Source: an uncultured virus (IMG/VR IMGVR_UViG_3300030108_001449) (taxonomy: Duplodnaviria; Heunggongvirae; Uroviricota; Caudoviricetes). From it: a stretch of 64,000 nucleotides of DNA. The stretch lies in IMG/VR virus record IMGVR_UViG_3300030108_001449. One strand, given 5' to 3'. Shown here one piece after another: positions 17,652 through 27,148 of the stretch. Made by a program: the position numbers and the translations under genes. Below the pieces are notes generated by a model. The model did not search any database. It saw only the letters and a program-made list of their open reading frames with translations, and was not told where the DNA came from. Each line of letters starts with the position of its first letter. The stretch's first letter is position 1.

Positions 17652-17721
17652 CCAGAAGTATTTGCGAGGTATGCAATTCTTAGCGCAACGAAAAAGAATT
17701 CCACCAGCATAGGCATGGGGA

Positions 17722-17889
17722 GCAGGGGCTTCATGGGCCAAGATTGATTGGGATAGGTGGATGGACAGTTCTCACCTCATTACTGTCCGATTGTTGAGAT
17801 CCCAATCTATCATCCCCTGCAACAAACAAAGACCAAAGGGTACTCGCCCTTCGGGACTGGCCTAGCCCCCCAGTGGTCGCAAAGGGCTA
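17722..17889 (+). ncRNA. Candidate structured RNA (long hairpin plus possible H-type pseudoknot)
   Basis: Stems 17722-17728/17814-17820, 17746-17754/17799-17807, 17763-17769/17782-17788; CC-TTCG-GG; ACTGG/CCAGT whose loop TAGCCC can pair with GGGCTA at 17884-17889. Confidence 0.35.
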
Positions 17890-17908
17890 CTCGATTAAGG
17901 AGCAAACT

Positions 17909-18082
17909 ATGAGCAAGACGAAAACAGAACAAAGTAAAGAGCTTGACGATCAGGTCGAAAAGTTCTTGAAGCAAGGTGGCGAGATAAAACAATTAGACAC
18001 ACACGAATCCAAGATGAAGAATTACACGCTGTCGAATAAATTTTTTGCCAAGACCAATTACCACATGTTTAAAAAGAAATGA
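17909..18082 (+). CDS. Small protein with a SutA-like RNA-polymerase-binding motif
   Basis: LDDQVEKFLKQGGEIKQL; AAGGAG SD. Confidence 0.5.
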   Translation: MSKTKTEQSKELDDQVEKFLKQGGEIKQLDTHESKMKNYTLSNKFFAKTNYHMFKKK

Positions 18083-18246
18083 GAAGATTCAATTTATTGT
18101 TCAATGGGATTGAGTACGTTCAGGACTCGAAAGACAAAAAGAAATATCACAAGCCCGGTGGTGGCACAGTCACACAACACGATTTGTATGAGTTGGCAGA
18201 TAAAAACAATTTAGACCTGCCCAAAAGAATTCAACGTAATGAGTAA
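18079..18246 (+). CDS. Hypothetical protein (55 aa)
   Basis: ATG overlaps the end of the upstream ORF; fills the gap before the DUF3310 gene. Confidence 0.45.
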   Translation: MRRFNLLFNGIEYVQDSKDKKKYHKPGGGTVTQHDLYELADKNNLDLPKRIQRNE

Positions 18247-18251
18247 ATGAA

Positions 18252-18518
18252 ATGGTAGAAAAAAGAAAACGTGGAAGGCCAAAGAAGATTCAGGCTGATC
18301 CAGTCAACTCACCCCCACACTACAAAGATGGAGACATCGAGTGCATTGACGCAATGGTCGCTGCCTTTGGGATTGAAGCTGTGCAGAACTATGCCAAGCT
18401 CAATGCTTTCAAGTATTTGTGGAGAGCAGGAAAGAAAGATGGGGTTCAGGCAACAGATTTGGCGAAGAGTGCTTGGTACTCAAAGTTTGCGAGTGGTGAT
18501 GATCCAAGAAAAAATTAG
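18252..18518 (+). CDS. DUF3310 (T7 gp1.7/SaV-like) protein
   Basis: DPVNSPPHY..GDIECIDAM...NAFKYLWRAGKK...DLAKSAWY. Confidence 0.85.
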   Translation: MVEKRKRGRPKKIQADPVNSPPHYKDGDIECIDAMVAAFGIEAVQNYAKLNAFKYLWRAGKKDGVQATDLAKSAWYSKFASGDDPRKN

Positions 18519-18629
18519 TGAGGTAACAGATATGATCAGACGATGGGGAGACAACCCAGTGGTTGCAAGGTACACAATCCACGCGCTCATTGGATCGTTT
18601 GTGTTAGGGTTTTTGTTGGGGGTGCTGTT

Positions 18630-19400
18630 ATGAATTTTGAAGTAGGGGTTTACGATGACATACCTTATGAAGTTTATCAGGAGATTGAGGCGTATCGATC
18701 TCATGACCTGACCACTGTGATCAGATGTCCATACACTTGGAAGAACCAGACTTTCAATGACTCACCAGCTTTGTTGGAAGGCAGGGTTCAGCACACTGTC
18801 TTTCTTGAGCACCACAACTTTGATAAAGAGTTTGTGATTGAGCCAAGCGTTGACAAGCGAACCAAAGTTGGCAAGGCAGAGTATCAGGAGTTTTTAGAGA
18901 CAGTGGGTGATAGAACCCCCATCAAGGAAGACCTGTACAACACTTGCATGGATAGGCGTGAGGTTGTGTCAGAGTATTTACCCAAGGATAGCGACAGGGT
19001 TGAGCTGACTTGTTTGTTCTACTGGTATGACCATCCCTTCAAGATTCGTATGGATCTGTACGATGGCGAAAACATCTGGGACTTGAAGACTGCAAGGGAC
19101 GCATCCCCAAGAGGATTCAGAAGAGCAGTCAACAACTTCAACTATTACATGCAAGCATCTTTGTATTTGGATGGAGCCAGAGCAGTGGGGCTTCAGGCAG
19201 ATAAGTTTTATTTCTTGGCTCAAGAGAAACTGCATCCTTACCCATACGCTGTGTACATGTTGTCAGACGAAGCTGCTGAATATGGCAGAGCGCGTAACGA
19301 GCAAGCGTTTAAAACCTTGTTGCATTGCAAGGACTTCGATTCTTATCAGCCATACAACATTTCAGGGGTTCAAGAGATCACAGTTGATGACTTGTACTGA
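18630..19400 (+). CDS. RecE/exodeoxyribonuclease VIII-like PD-(D/E)xK nuclease
   Basis: GRVQHTVFLE, DKRTKVGK, KIRMD...DLKT, YYMQASLY, FLAQEK..PY. Confidence 0.85.
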   Translation: MNFEVGVYDDIPYEVYQEIEAYRSHDLTTVIRCPYTWKNQTFNDSPALLEGRVQHTVFLEHHNFDKEFVIEPSVDKRTKVGKAEYQEFLETVGDRTPIKEDLYNTCMDRREVVSEYLPKDSDRVELTCLFYWYDHPFKIRMDLYDGENIWDLKTARDASPRGFRRAVNNFNYYMQASLYLDGARAVGLQADKFYFLAQEKLHPYPYAVYMLSDEAAEYGRARNEQAFKTLLHCKDFDSYQPYNISGVQEITVDDLY

Positions 19401-19711
19401 TGATAAGAAATAAGTTTTATTACAACCCATTACCTGAAGAGCTTGAGATTGGAGAAAGCGAAATAGATGGGCATGGTATTTTTGCAACTACAGAAATCGA
19501 GGAAGGTCATGACTTGGGGCCAACCCATATCAAGATGCCAATCTATAGTGGTTTTGTGAGAACACCATTGGGTGGATACATCAATCACGATGAGGAACCT
19601 AATTGTTATTTGAGCGTTAACTTTGAGTGGGACGATTACAAAATTTTTCACCTGTTTACCAGAAGAAAAATATTAGAGGGTGAAGAGCTTCTTCTCGATT
19701 ACGATGAATGA
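19400..19711 (+). CDS. SET-domain protein (putative lysine methyltransferase)
   Basis: SEIDGHGIFA, GGYINHDEEPNC, GEELLLDY are the three SET motifs. Confidence 0.85.
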   Translation: MIRNKFYYNPLPEELEIGESEIDGHGIFATTEIEEGHDLGPTHIKMPIYSGFVRTPLGGYINHDEEPNCYLSVNFEWDDYKIFHLFTRRKILEGEELLLDYDE

Positions 19712-19883
19712 GGAAGAGTTATACGAGCAGAAGAAATATTACGCTGCTCGATTTGCTTGGAGGAAGAGAGGCCAAAGAACGCCAAACAAAAAAAGATCGT
19801 GGGAGTATTGGTTTGAAGATATGTTTGGTGAGAACCTGAACGATTACGCGAGGCGTAAGGCAAAGGACAAAGCTAACAAGTAA
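19704..19883 (+). CDS. Hypothetical protein
   Basis: MNEEELYEQKKYY..., overlaps the SET gene stop. Confidence 0.5.
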   Translation: MNEEELYEQKKYYAARFAWRKRGQRTPNKKRSWEYWFEDMFGENLNDYARRKAKDKANK

Positions 19884-19895
19884 ATTCAACTATCA

Positions 19896-21642
19896 TCAAA
19901 CATAACTAGAACCCACCTCAACAAGAATGTCCCTGATCAGCCATTTGTCCAGATCGTCACCAGTCAGAGGAACTTCAGGTTTAGCCAACCGCCGTATTTC
20001 AATCGCCAGTTGTATTTCAAACTTGCTTGCACCAATGTCATGCTCACCCTCTGGCCCAAACATGTCATAACAGGCTTGAACCAGATCCTTGTCAGTCTCC
20101 ACTTTGCCATAGGGATATGGCAGACTTTTGTTAATTTGCATGTCTAATCTTTTCTCGCACAGGATTTGAATAATCAGGGTACTTAGGGTCATTCCACCAT
20201 TCGTACTCAGCAAAGATTGATTTCCCCAAAGAGAATAGGGTTGATTCATTCAATCCAGCAAGCCCCCAGTCTTTTGCCCAGTCAGCCAAAAACTCTCTGG
20301 GAGTTTCGTCTTCGACTCCTAGCTCTTCCATGTACTCTTTTATTACATCCATTTTGATGTTTGCAGTAAACTTAATTGCGACTTTCATTAGGCTGGCACT
20401 CCTTTTTTTTCATTTAAGTAAGCCACCAACTTTGCCTTGTCACTATAATAGCGGCTCTTCACAGATTTGATACCACCATTCTTTTTGCTGGTATCACTTT
20501 GCTTTCTCTGGTGAAAGGAGTTGGCTTTGTGAAGCTCACCTCTTTCAAAAAACTTGTAGTCACTTGAGCCATTTCGATAAGCAACTTCAACACAGATATT
20601 TTTCATACGATTTCCTTCAAGTTTTGTTTTGCGTTTTTGCGAGTCCCTTTGTTGGCAACTCGCTTCAGTTTCTTTGCAGCCCTGCCATACGATCCAGCAA
20701 TTCTGCGTCCCAGTTTTTTGTCAGGCATCAAGCAACCTCAATGTTGTTGTCTAAAGTAATCGCGTCTTCCTTGCTCAAGGTAATCGTAGGGCCATCCTTT
20801 TTAATTATCTTCTGAAGCAAGTTGTACTCTCTAGTGAACACCCTAACTTCTTTGCAAGTGTCAATCTCAGCCATTTGCTCTTTAGCGTACGCAACTGCGT
20901 CTTTCTTGTAGTAAAAGTAAACAGGCTGATAATGATATTGTTCGTCACCAAACCTGCCAGCGACACAATCAATAGAAACACAACCTTTGTTGTAATAGTT
21001 CACACACCAGTCAGAACAGTTGCTGCCCTCCAAATAGTAAACTTCGATTCGCGCAACCTCTGTGCTTGTATCAAATTCAGTCTTTGGGATTTTAGAAATT
21101 ATTTTCAAAACGTTCTCCTCAATTTCAAATACAGTTTACGCTATTATCGTGTCGTTGTCCAGAACTTTATAAAGAAATGTAAGTCTTACCATTTCCATAA
21201 AAAATACTATCAGCAATCTCTTCCAGCGTTTTGCTGCTGTTGGATCGTAGGTTGCTGATTCGATAAAGAACACCAAGCTCTTCGAGATCGTCAGTGTCAT
21301 AGATTGCCACCCCAGCAGAACCATCGTCTTTGTAAATCACTCCAGCCACTACGTCATCATCGTAGTTTTTGAAAATGGTGACATCCTCTGCTTTGATCTC
21401 TTGCACGTTTTTGTTTATCAGCATCACTGTTAAGCTTCTCCTTATTGTTTAGCGTTACACTTAGCGCAACTGATGAAGGAAGTTGACTCTCCCTGAACTT
21501 CATAGCCATCTGCGTAACTGGGAACCTTTTTGCCACAAAGCGTGAACTCACCATCACCATCACACATGTGAATCTTGGATTCTGGGCCAAGCCTGTCCCT
21601 GTAAACCCCAACCCATTTCTGCCAACTGACTGCTGTTTTCAT
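19896..21642 (-). CDS. Cluster of small hypothetical early genes (ORFs ending at 19896, 20131, 20388, 20603, 20728, 21167, 21442)
   Basis: Tightly packed minus-strand ORFs of about 40-126 aa with SD sites, downstream of promoters 21133-21161 and 21847-21875; no family recognised. Confidence 0.55.
21133..21161 (-). promoter_or_regulatory. Sigma70-like early promoter with CGACAC box
   Basis: TGGACA-ACGACAC...(17)-TAAACT. Confidence 0.7.
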
Positions 21643-21846
21643 ATTTTTTTCTCCTTACACCTATTAAACGATTCGCTTCCAGTTTTATTACAGACTTATT
21701 GAATTCCAGCAGAAACACACATGTTGGATTTGAAAGCCTCTTTGATTGTTTTCCTGATTTGCCTTTTGATTTCAATCGCCTCATTCATCAACAACCTTGC
21801 TTTCCTCATCTGTCTTTCCAATCACGTTCTCCTCAATTTCAAGAAC

Positions 21847-21875
21847 AGTATAGTCTATTTGCGTGTCGTTGTCCA
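21847..21875 (-). promoter_or_regulatory. Sigma70-like early promoter with CGACAC box (leftward of a divergent pair)
   Basis: TGGACA-ACGACAC...(17)-TATACT. Confidence 0.75.
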
Positions 21876-21954
21876 GCTTTTTATACATTTGTATACAAGA
21901 TAAATACATATAAATGTAGCGTAATATTTATTTTAATATTTTATTATATTTTTG

Positions 21955-21983
21955 TAGACAACGACACTTTAATAAAGTATACT
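21955..21983 (+). promoter_or_regulatory. Sigma70-like early promoter with CGACAC box (rightward of a divergent pair)
   Basis: TAGACA-ACGACAC...(17)-TATACT. Confidence 0.75.
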
Positions 21984-22012
21984 GCTTTTGAATTAATTGA
22001 TTGAGGAACGAA

Positions 22013-22594
22013 ATGAGAATGAAGATGGATCGAGAGTTTTACATCCCAAAGGCAGAAGGAATGGAGACTGTAACAAGGGATGGCATTGATGCTACTGTTT
22101 ATGTCTACGAAGTAAAGGGCAGACCCCATGCTTGTATGTTTGGAGGCAAGAGATCTAAGCCAGATAGCCACTACTACTATCGCAGCGTAGAAGCTAGGGA
22201 CAAGGCTGTTGAGGATTATTTTGATGGCATTCAAGCTAGCGCAGACAGAAAGGCTGCTTACAAAGCTAAACAGAAAGCTGAAAAAGAAAAGGCAGTCGAA
22301 AGCATCAAAGTGGGTGACATTTTCGTGGGTAGCTGGGGTTACGATCAAACCAACGTTGAGTTTTACCAAGTAGTCGAAAAAAAAGGAGTTACTTGCAAAA
22401 TCCAAAAGATTGGACAGAAAGTTGTCGAAGAAACTCAAGGTTGTGATTACGTCAGGCCAAATCCTGAAGTCAAGTGCGGTAAGCCAGTCACTAAAAGAAT
22501 TAATGGCTCTGGTGGTTTTACCTGTGATGTCTTTCGCCTTTACCCTGATGAGGGTAATCCACGATATCAAACTGCCTATGGGTATGGTCACTAA
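22013..22594 (+). CDS. Conserved phage hypothetical protein
   Basis: KVGDIFVGSWGYDQTNVEFYQVV motif; own promoter, SD and terminator. Confidence 0.75.
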   Translation: MRMKMDREFYIPKAEGMETVTRDGIDATVYVYEVKGRPHACMFGGKRSKPDSHYYYRSVEARDKAVEDYFDGIQASADRKAAYKAKQKAEKEKAVESIKVGDIFVGSWGYDQTNVEFYQVVEKKGVTCKIQKIGQKVVEETQGCDYVRPNPEVKCGKPVTKRINGSGGFTCDVFRLYPDEGNPRYQTAYGYGH

Positions 22595-22599
22595 ATAAT

Positions 22600-22619
22600 A
22601 AAGGGGCGAAAGCCCCTTT
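22600..22619 (+). terminator. Intrinsic terminator hairpin
   Basis: AAAGGGGC-GAAA-GCCCCTTT; the same 20-mer lies on the minus strand at 42399-42418. Confidence 0.7.
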
Positions 22620-22632
22620 GCTGGAGGCAGCA

Positions 22633-22815
22633 ATGAAAAATCCATTTAGTTTTAGAATGTCTTGGAAAACGAGAAACCGATTTGCGAATGCAAAGGATAA
22701 AGTTTCAAAGTCTTTTGGGTTTGCGCTGGATAACTCTCAGTTTATGGATTACATGCTTAACATAGTGGAGCAAGACATTGAAAGTAAGGAGATCAAAAAC
22801 CCTCACGAACCATAA
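22633..22815 (+). CDS. Possible ribbon-helix-helix DNA-binding protein
   Basis: GGAGG SD; FSFRMS strand followed by two predicted helices. Confidence 0.45.
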   Translation: MKNPFSFRMSWKTRNRFANAKDKVSKSFGFALDNSQFMDYMLNIVEQDIESKEIKNPHEP

Positions 22816-23516
22816 AACAGCTTTTCAATCCTTGACCTGTCGTATAACCAGAATACCAGAAGGTATCTGTCGCCCTCGCCAACGATGGGCAAGCCACGAT
22901 GAAACTGGTTAAAGGATGGGAAAACAAGGGCATGACCAGTGGGTATGGGTTTTATTTTGCCATGATTATGAAACTCAGTCCCACCGCCCTTGTAATCGCC
23001 TGTATTGAGAGGAACGACAACGCTTACATCTGCATCAACGTCATGATGAAAAGCTCCCTGTTCCTTCTCTCTGAGGTTGTAGTTGGCAATTTGAATGGTA
23101 GCAATATCTGAGGCATTGCGTTGCCATAAGCAAATGATCATGGGATTTATGATAGTTTTGACCACTAAGGAGAAATGATTGTGCAGACTGGGGCAATGTT
23201 CAGCGAAAACAATTTCAGGAATCTGTCTTTCAGTTTCCTCCAATGGGTTGACGCTGAATTTAATCTCACTGCTCATGTGGTCAACTTCCTCCATGAGCAT
23301 CTTGCAGTATTGCCTACGAAGCAAAGGGAAAGAAAACACATCAGGAAAGATGCGCTTTGCCATTTTTCTCAAGGGAGTCTGGGGCATTTTTGTGGTCGCA
23401 CCCTCAGCCGCATATTTGATGATCTCAGGAATGGATTCTTCTGCTGCTTGGAATGTAGGTTGATGAATCCCCCAATGCGATTGCATAGAGATCAAGTGGT
23501 TTTTAATTTGATACAT
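22803..23516 (-). CDS. 2OG-Fe(II) dioxygenase, lysyl-hydroxylase (PLOD)-like
   Basis: PDVFSFPLL..YCKMLMEEVDH, HHDVD..VSVVVPLN.GDYKGGGTEF, HRGLP...GDRYLLVFW. Confidence 0.8.
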   Translation of the reverse strand: MYQIKNHLISMQSHWGIHQPTFQAAEESIPEIIKYAAEGATTKMPQTPLRKMAKRIFPDVFSFPLLRRQYCKMLMEEVDHMSSEIKFSVNPLEETERQIPEIVFAEHCPSLHNHFSLVVKTIINPMIICLWQRNASDIATIQIANYNLREKEQGAFHHDVDADVSVVVPLNTGDYKGGGTEFHNHGKIKPIPTGHALVFPSFNQFHRGLPIVGEGDRYLLVFWLYDRSRIEKLFYGS

Positions 23517-23573
23517 GTTTGCAAATTCTAGCACTTTTGTATAAAATATCAACGTTTTAACAAGGAACTACAA

Positions 23574-23777
23574 ATGGAAGACACAAAGTCAGAAAGGAAA
23601 AGCTTGGCAGTGGATGTTGAGACTTATGACATGCTTCAGCAGATTTGTAATGCTGAAGACAGGAATAAGATTAATACCCTAAAAAGACTGATCAGGGATG
23701 AGCACAAGAGACTTGATCTTTATCCAGTGCATTACGTTTCAGGCGTACCCATTGGTCGAGACAAGATTAGCGATTAG
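23574..23777 (+). CDS. Possible ribbon-helix-helix DNA-binding protein
   Basis: RKSLAVDVETYDMLQQIC..EDR...TLKRLI; AAGGA SD. Confidence 0.55.
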   Translation: MEDTKSERKSLAVDVETYDMLQQICNAEDRNKINTLKRLIRDEHKRLDLYPVHYVSGVPIGRDKISD

Positions 23778-23783
23778 TGCCTA

Positions 23784-24059
23784 GTGAACTTTTTTAAAAA
23801 GAAATCCATACCTCAAACTTATCAATCTGCTCTTCAACCAGCAGAAGTGGTTGAGCTATTCACTAGGCTCACGCTGCATCATCAGGCAGCTTTGCTTCGA
23901 TTGATATCCAGAAATCTTGTGATCAACACAAGTTATGGCCCAGAGATGGGATATGATTTTGATTACAACGTGGATGGTGCGCTGATTGTTGCGTCACCCT
24001 CTGAGGAATTAGATCAGAGCACCAATCCCACCAGCGTTACCCCTGAGTCTGAGGGCTAA
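23784..24059 (+). CDS. Hypothetical protein
   Basis: 91 aa; overlaps the 3' end of 24009..26543 convergently by 51 nt. Confidence 0.5.
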   Translation: MNFFKKKSIPQTYQSALQPAEVVELFTRLTLHHQAALLRLISRNLVINTSYGPEMGYDFDYNVDGALIVASPSEELDQSTNPTSVTPESEG

Positions 24060-26543
24060 CTCTCGATCATCATCTCTTGGCAAAACTGTTGGAGACATGG
24101 CTAGATTCACATCTGGCGTTTCAGTGATTGTCTCTTCAAACAGTGGCCCTTCCACTTGTGGTACTGTCACCTGATCCATTTGACCCATTAACTCTTCAGA
24201 GGTTGGTAACAACTTATCAGACACTTCTCTGGTAGATACTTCCCTGAAATTTGTTTCGTTGTTTTCAGGAACCATTTGCTGTTCCCTTACAGAAGCAGAG
24301 CTTTTATCAACAATAGGCTCTGGAGATTCTGCCTGTAACCTTTCAAGCATTCCTTCAATTTCAGATCTTATTTCTGGATTGACCAAGGCAATCTGCCCAA
24401 GTCTTCTAACGTGCTGACCCATCGATTGAGGATCAAATGCAGACTTTTCAACAGCAGTTGATAGCCACTTAACAACGTCTGGACTAGTAAACAACCTAGA
24501 TCCACCAGCAGGAACTCCTAAAGCCGCCAATCCATAAGCAAAACCTGTGTCTCCACCACCATACATCAACGCTGGAGTGCTGGTAAAAAAAGCGATTGCG
24601 TTGGCTGCTTTTGCAGTGCCAGATGGGTTTGCCATCTGATCTGCTGCGCTTTTTACCCTGTTAATGGTAAACATCAAATCGTCTAACGCTGGGACTAACT
24701 CTTTGTTCTGCGTTCCACCAAACAGTAGCTCTTTGGATTCTTTGCTTAAATTGTTCCAGTTCGTCATGAAGGTTTGTGGGCTAAAGCCTCTTTCAGCAAC
24801 GTACTCTGCCCCTTCTTTCGCTATAGATTCACCAAGCTCCATGCCTTCTGCAACAGCACTTCTTGGCATACCCAAGTTTCCAAGGACATAGCCAGAAAGT
24901 TCATCAAACTCCTCTGGGGCTAACTTTTCTTTCAGCTTTCTTATTCTTTCTCCAGACATGTTTGCGTTTCGCATAACTTCTTTCAATGCGTCAACGCTGT
25001 CGAATTCTCCTTTTTTCAGAACCTTGTCAATAAAGTCAATGGCCCCTAAATTTTTCTTTTCATTTTGCAGAACAAAGCTGTTTGCTTTTTTGTAGGCTTC
25101 AGTAATTGCTTTCCCAGCTTCTTTTGCAGCAGCAGGATCGTCAAACAAATCCATTTGTCTAACAGCAGCTTGCTCAACAAGGCTGTCCAAGTCACTGCTT
25201 AATTTTCCATACAAGGCTTTTAACTTTGTTTCGCTTGGACTTAACGCGCCATAATTTTTAGTTTCAGCTTGTCTTACGATTCTGCCAATATCAGTTCTAA
25301 ATGATTTCAAGGCATCATAAGTTAGCTGCCCATTATCCACTGCGCTTAAAACTTTTTGAGCTTGGATCAAAGCGTCATCAACTGGCCCAGCAGTCAATGG
25401 GTTGTTTTTCAACAAAACAAGTTCATTAACAAACTCTTGTGTTGCTGGCGCACTGCCAGAAAATTTTTTGTCAATTAAATTGCCAACTGCGCCATAAAGA
25501 TTGTCTCTTTGTTCCTCGTATGTTTTTCTTGCAGCTTGCATAGAGGTCATCAATTTTCTTCCAGCTTCTTCTGGAGTCTTTGCACCCCCTACCATTGAAG
25601 ACAGTTCCTGCATTCTTTTTGAAATGTCAGCAAGAGTTTGAGAAGCGTTTTCGTGCATGACCTTTGCAGACATGGGCATATTTCTGAAAAAAGTTTCCAT
25701 CATGTTTACAAGAGGATTTTGTGTGACCTGCCCAAGCGTAGGAGCAGTTACTCCAGATCTAATCATTCTGTCGAAAGTTTCTCTGGCAGTTTTGGAAAGA
25801 GTGCCTGTTGCATATCGAATGGGATTACCAACGTAATAATTAACTCCATCCATTATTTTGCTGGCAACAGCCCCACCAAAACCATTAAGAAGCGCGGTGG
25901 TTGAAAAATCAATAAACCTTTCAGGGCCAGTTCGCGTGTCTTCTGTTTCTCCTAACGCTGTGAATGCAGCAGTGTATAGATCCCTTGCTGTTGCGCTACC
26001 TAAACCTTCTCCTACTATATAAGCAGTAGTTGCGGCAGGTATAATGCCAACACCTGAAGGAGCAGTTGCTGCCCCAGCGACAGTTGCAGCATACGTTCCT
26101 GCTGTTAATCCACCAACTGTTTCTGCGATTTCAGGGCCAACATCAACAGTTAGGTCTGCAAAGGATGGAACTGGCATTCCAAACATTCTCTTGTCTTCAT
26201 CAAACAAAGTTAGCTGACCAGTTTCTGGATCTGTGTAAACAAAGTTTCCAGCACCAAATTTTTCTGCGCCTTTATCAAATCTAATTCCTACAGGCAAAGC
26301 GTCTGGATAAAATTTCTTTAACGTTGCTAATCTATCATCCTCTCTTTGCGCTGCGTTCACTTGTGCTCTTACAGAAAATGGCGCACCAGTTTCTGTATCA
26401 ACAGAATCAGCTTCTTCCTTATCAGCAAGGCTAGTCAACAGTTCATCAGTAGGGACATCTGAATAAAGATCAATTGATTTGCTTTCAGGGAAAGCCATGT
26501 CTAAAAGCGTGTCAGTGTCAACAGTGCTTAAAGAGTTACTCAT
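24009..26543 (-). CDS. Large internal virion / DNA ejection protein (putative)
   Basis: 844 aa helical protein, last gene of the late operon, hydrophobic Gly/Ala segments. Confidence 0.6.
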   Translation of the reverse strand: MSNSLSTVDTDTLLDMAFPESKSIDLYSDVPTDELLTSLADKEEADSVDTETGAPFSVRAQVNAAQREDDRLATLKKFYPDALPVGIRFDKGAEKFGAGNFVYTDPETGQLTLFDEDKRMFGMPVPSFADLTVDVGPEIAETVGGLTAGTYAATVAGAATAPSGVGIIPAATTAYIVGEGLGSATARDLYTAAFTALGETEDTRTGPERFIDFSTTALLNGFGGAVASKIMDGVNYYVGNPIRYATGTLSKTARETFDRMIRSGVTAPTLGQVTQNPLVNMMETFFRNMPMSAKVMHENASQTLADISKRMQELSSMVGGAKTPEEAGRKLMTSMQAARKTYEEQRDNLYGAVGNLIDKKFSGSAPATQEFVNELVLLKNNPLTAGPVDDALIQAQKVLSAVDNGQLTYDALKSFRTDIGRIVRQAETKNYGALSPSETKLKALYGKLSSDLDSLVEQAAVRQMDLFDDPAAAKEAGKAITEAYKKANSFVLQNEKKNLGAIDFIDKVLKKGEFDSVDALKEVMRNANMSGERIRKLKEKLAPEEFDELSGYVLGNLGMPRSAVAEGMELGESIAKEGAEYVAERGFSPQTFMTNWNNLSKESKELLFGGTQNKELVPALDDLMFTINRVKSAADQMANPSGTAKAANAIAFFTSTPALMYGGGDTGFAYGLAALGVPAGGSRLFTSPDVVKWLSTAVEKSAFDPQSMGQHVRRLGQIALVNPEIRSEIEGMLERLQAESPEPIVDKSSASVREQQMVPENNETNFREVSTREVSDKLLPTSEELMGQMDQVTVPQVEGPLFEETITETPDVNLAMSPTVLPRDDDRELALRLRGNAGGIGALI

Positions 26544-27148
26544 AATTTAACTCCAGCCCTTTTAAATTTGTCTTCAATTCTTTTCTTTTCTGCTTCTGAA
26601 GTAGATGCTTTGTGTCTTTCTCTTAACGCATTATATAGCTGACTGTTTTGTTCTTGCTTTATTGCATCATACGCCCCACCAGCAGCTTCTTTTATTGCCA
26701 GCAATCTTTCTCTTCTAGCCTTTCTTTTGTTTGCAACAGATTCAGGTGGGTCGAACAGGCTTGGGAAAAAAGCCACTCCTTCACGATCAACTTCTCCAGC
26801 AGCTATCTGCGCTCCAGTTACATCTCTGACCACTTGATTAAGCCACAACAACTTTGCAGCTTCGTATGCAACATAATTATCAGACAGCGCAAGTTTTTCA
26901 ATAGAAGGCTCACCGGGAATTAAGGCTGCTACGACAGCATCAAGATAAGCAGCTTCTGGACGAAATCCCTCACCCTCTAATCTTGTAAACACTTCCTCTG
27001 CTCTTTCCATTGCAATAGCATAGTTGGCTTTGTCGTTTTGCTCTGCTTTAAATTCTTGATCTGTTAGGGCTTCTTTTTTTTCTGCAAATTGAGCCAATGG
27101 TTCAGGTAAGGTGACAGCAGGTTCATCGTCTAATGTAAATGTTGCCAT
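26540..27148 (-). CDS. Putative internal virion protein
   Basis: 202 aa within the ejection gene cluster. Confidence 0.55.
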   Translation of the reverse strand: MATFTLDDEPAVTLPEPLAQFAEKKEALTDQEFKAEQNDKANYAIAMERAEEVFTRLEGEGFRPEAAYLDAVVAALIPGEPSIEKLALSDNYVAYEAAKLLWLNQVVRDVTGAQIAAGEVDREGVAFFPSLFDPPESVANKRKARRERLLAIKEAAGGAYDAIKQEQNSQLYNALRERHKASTSEAEKKRIEDKFKRAGVKL

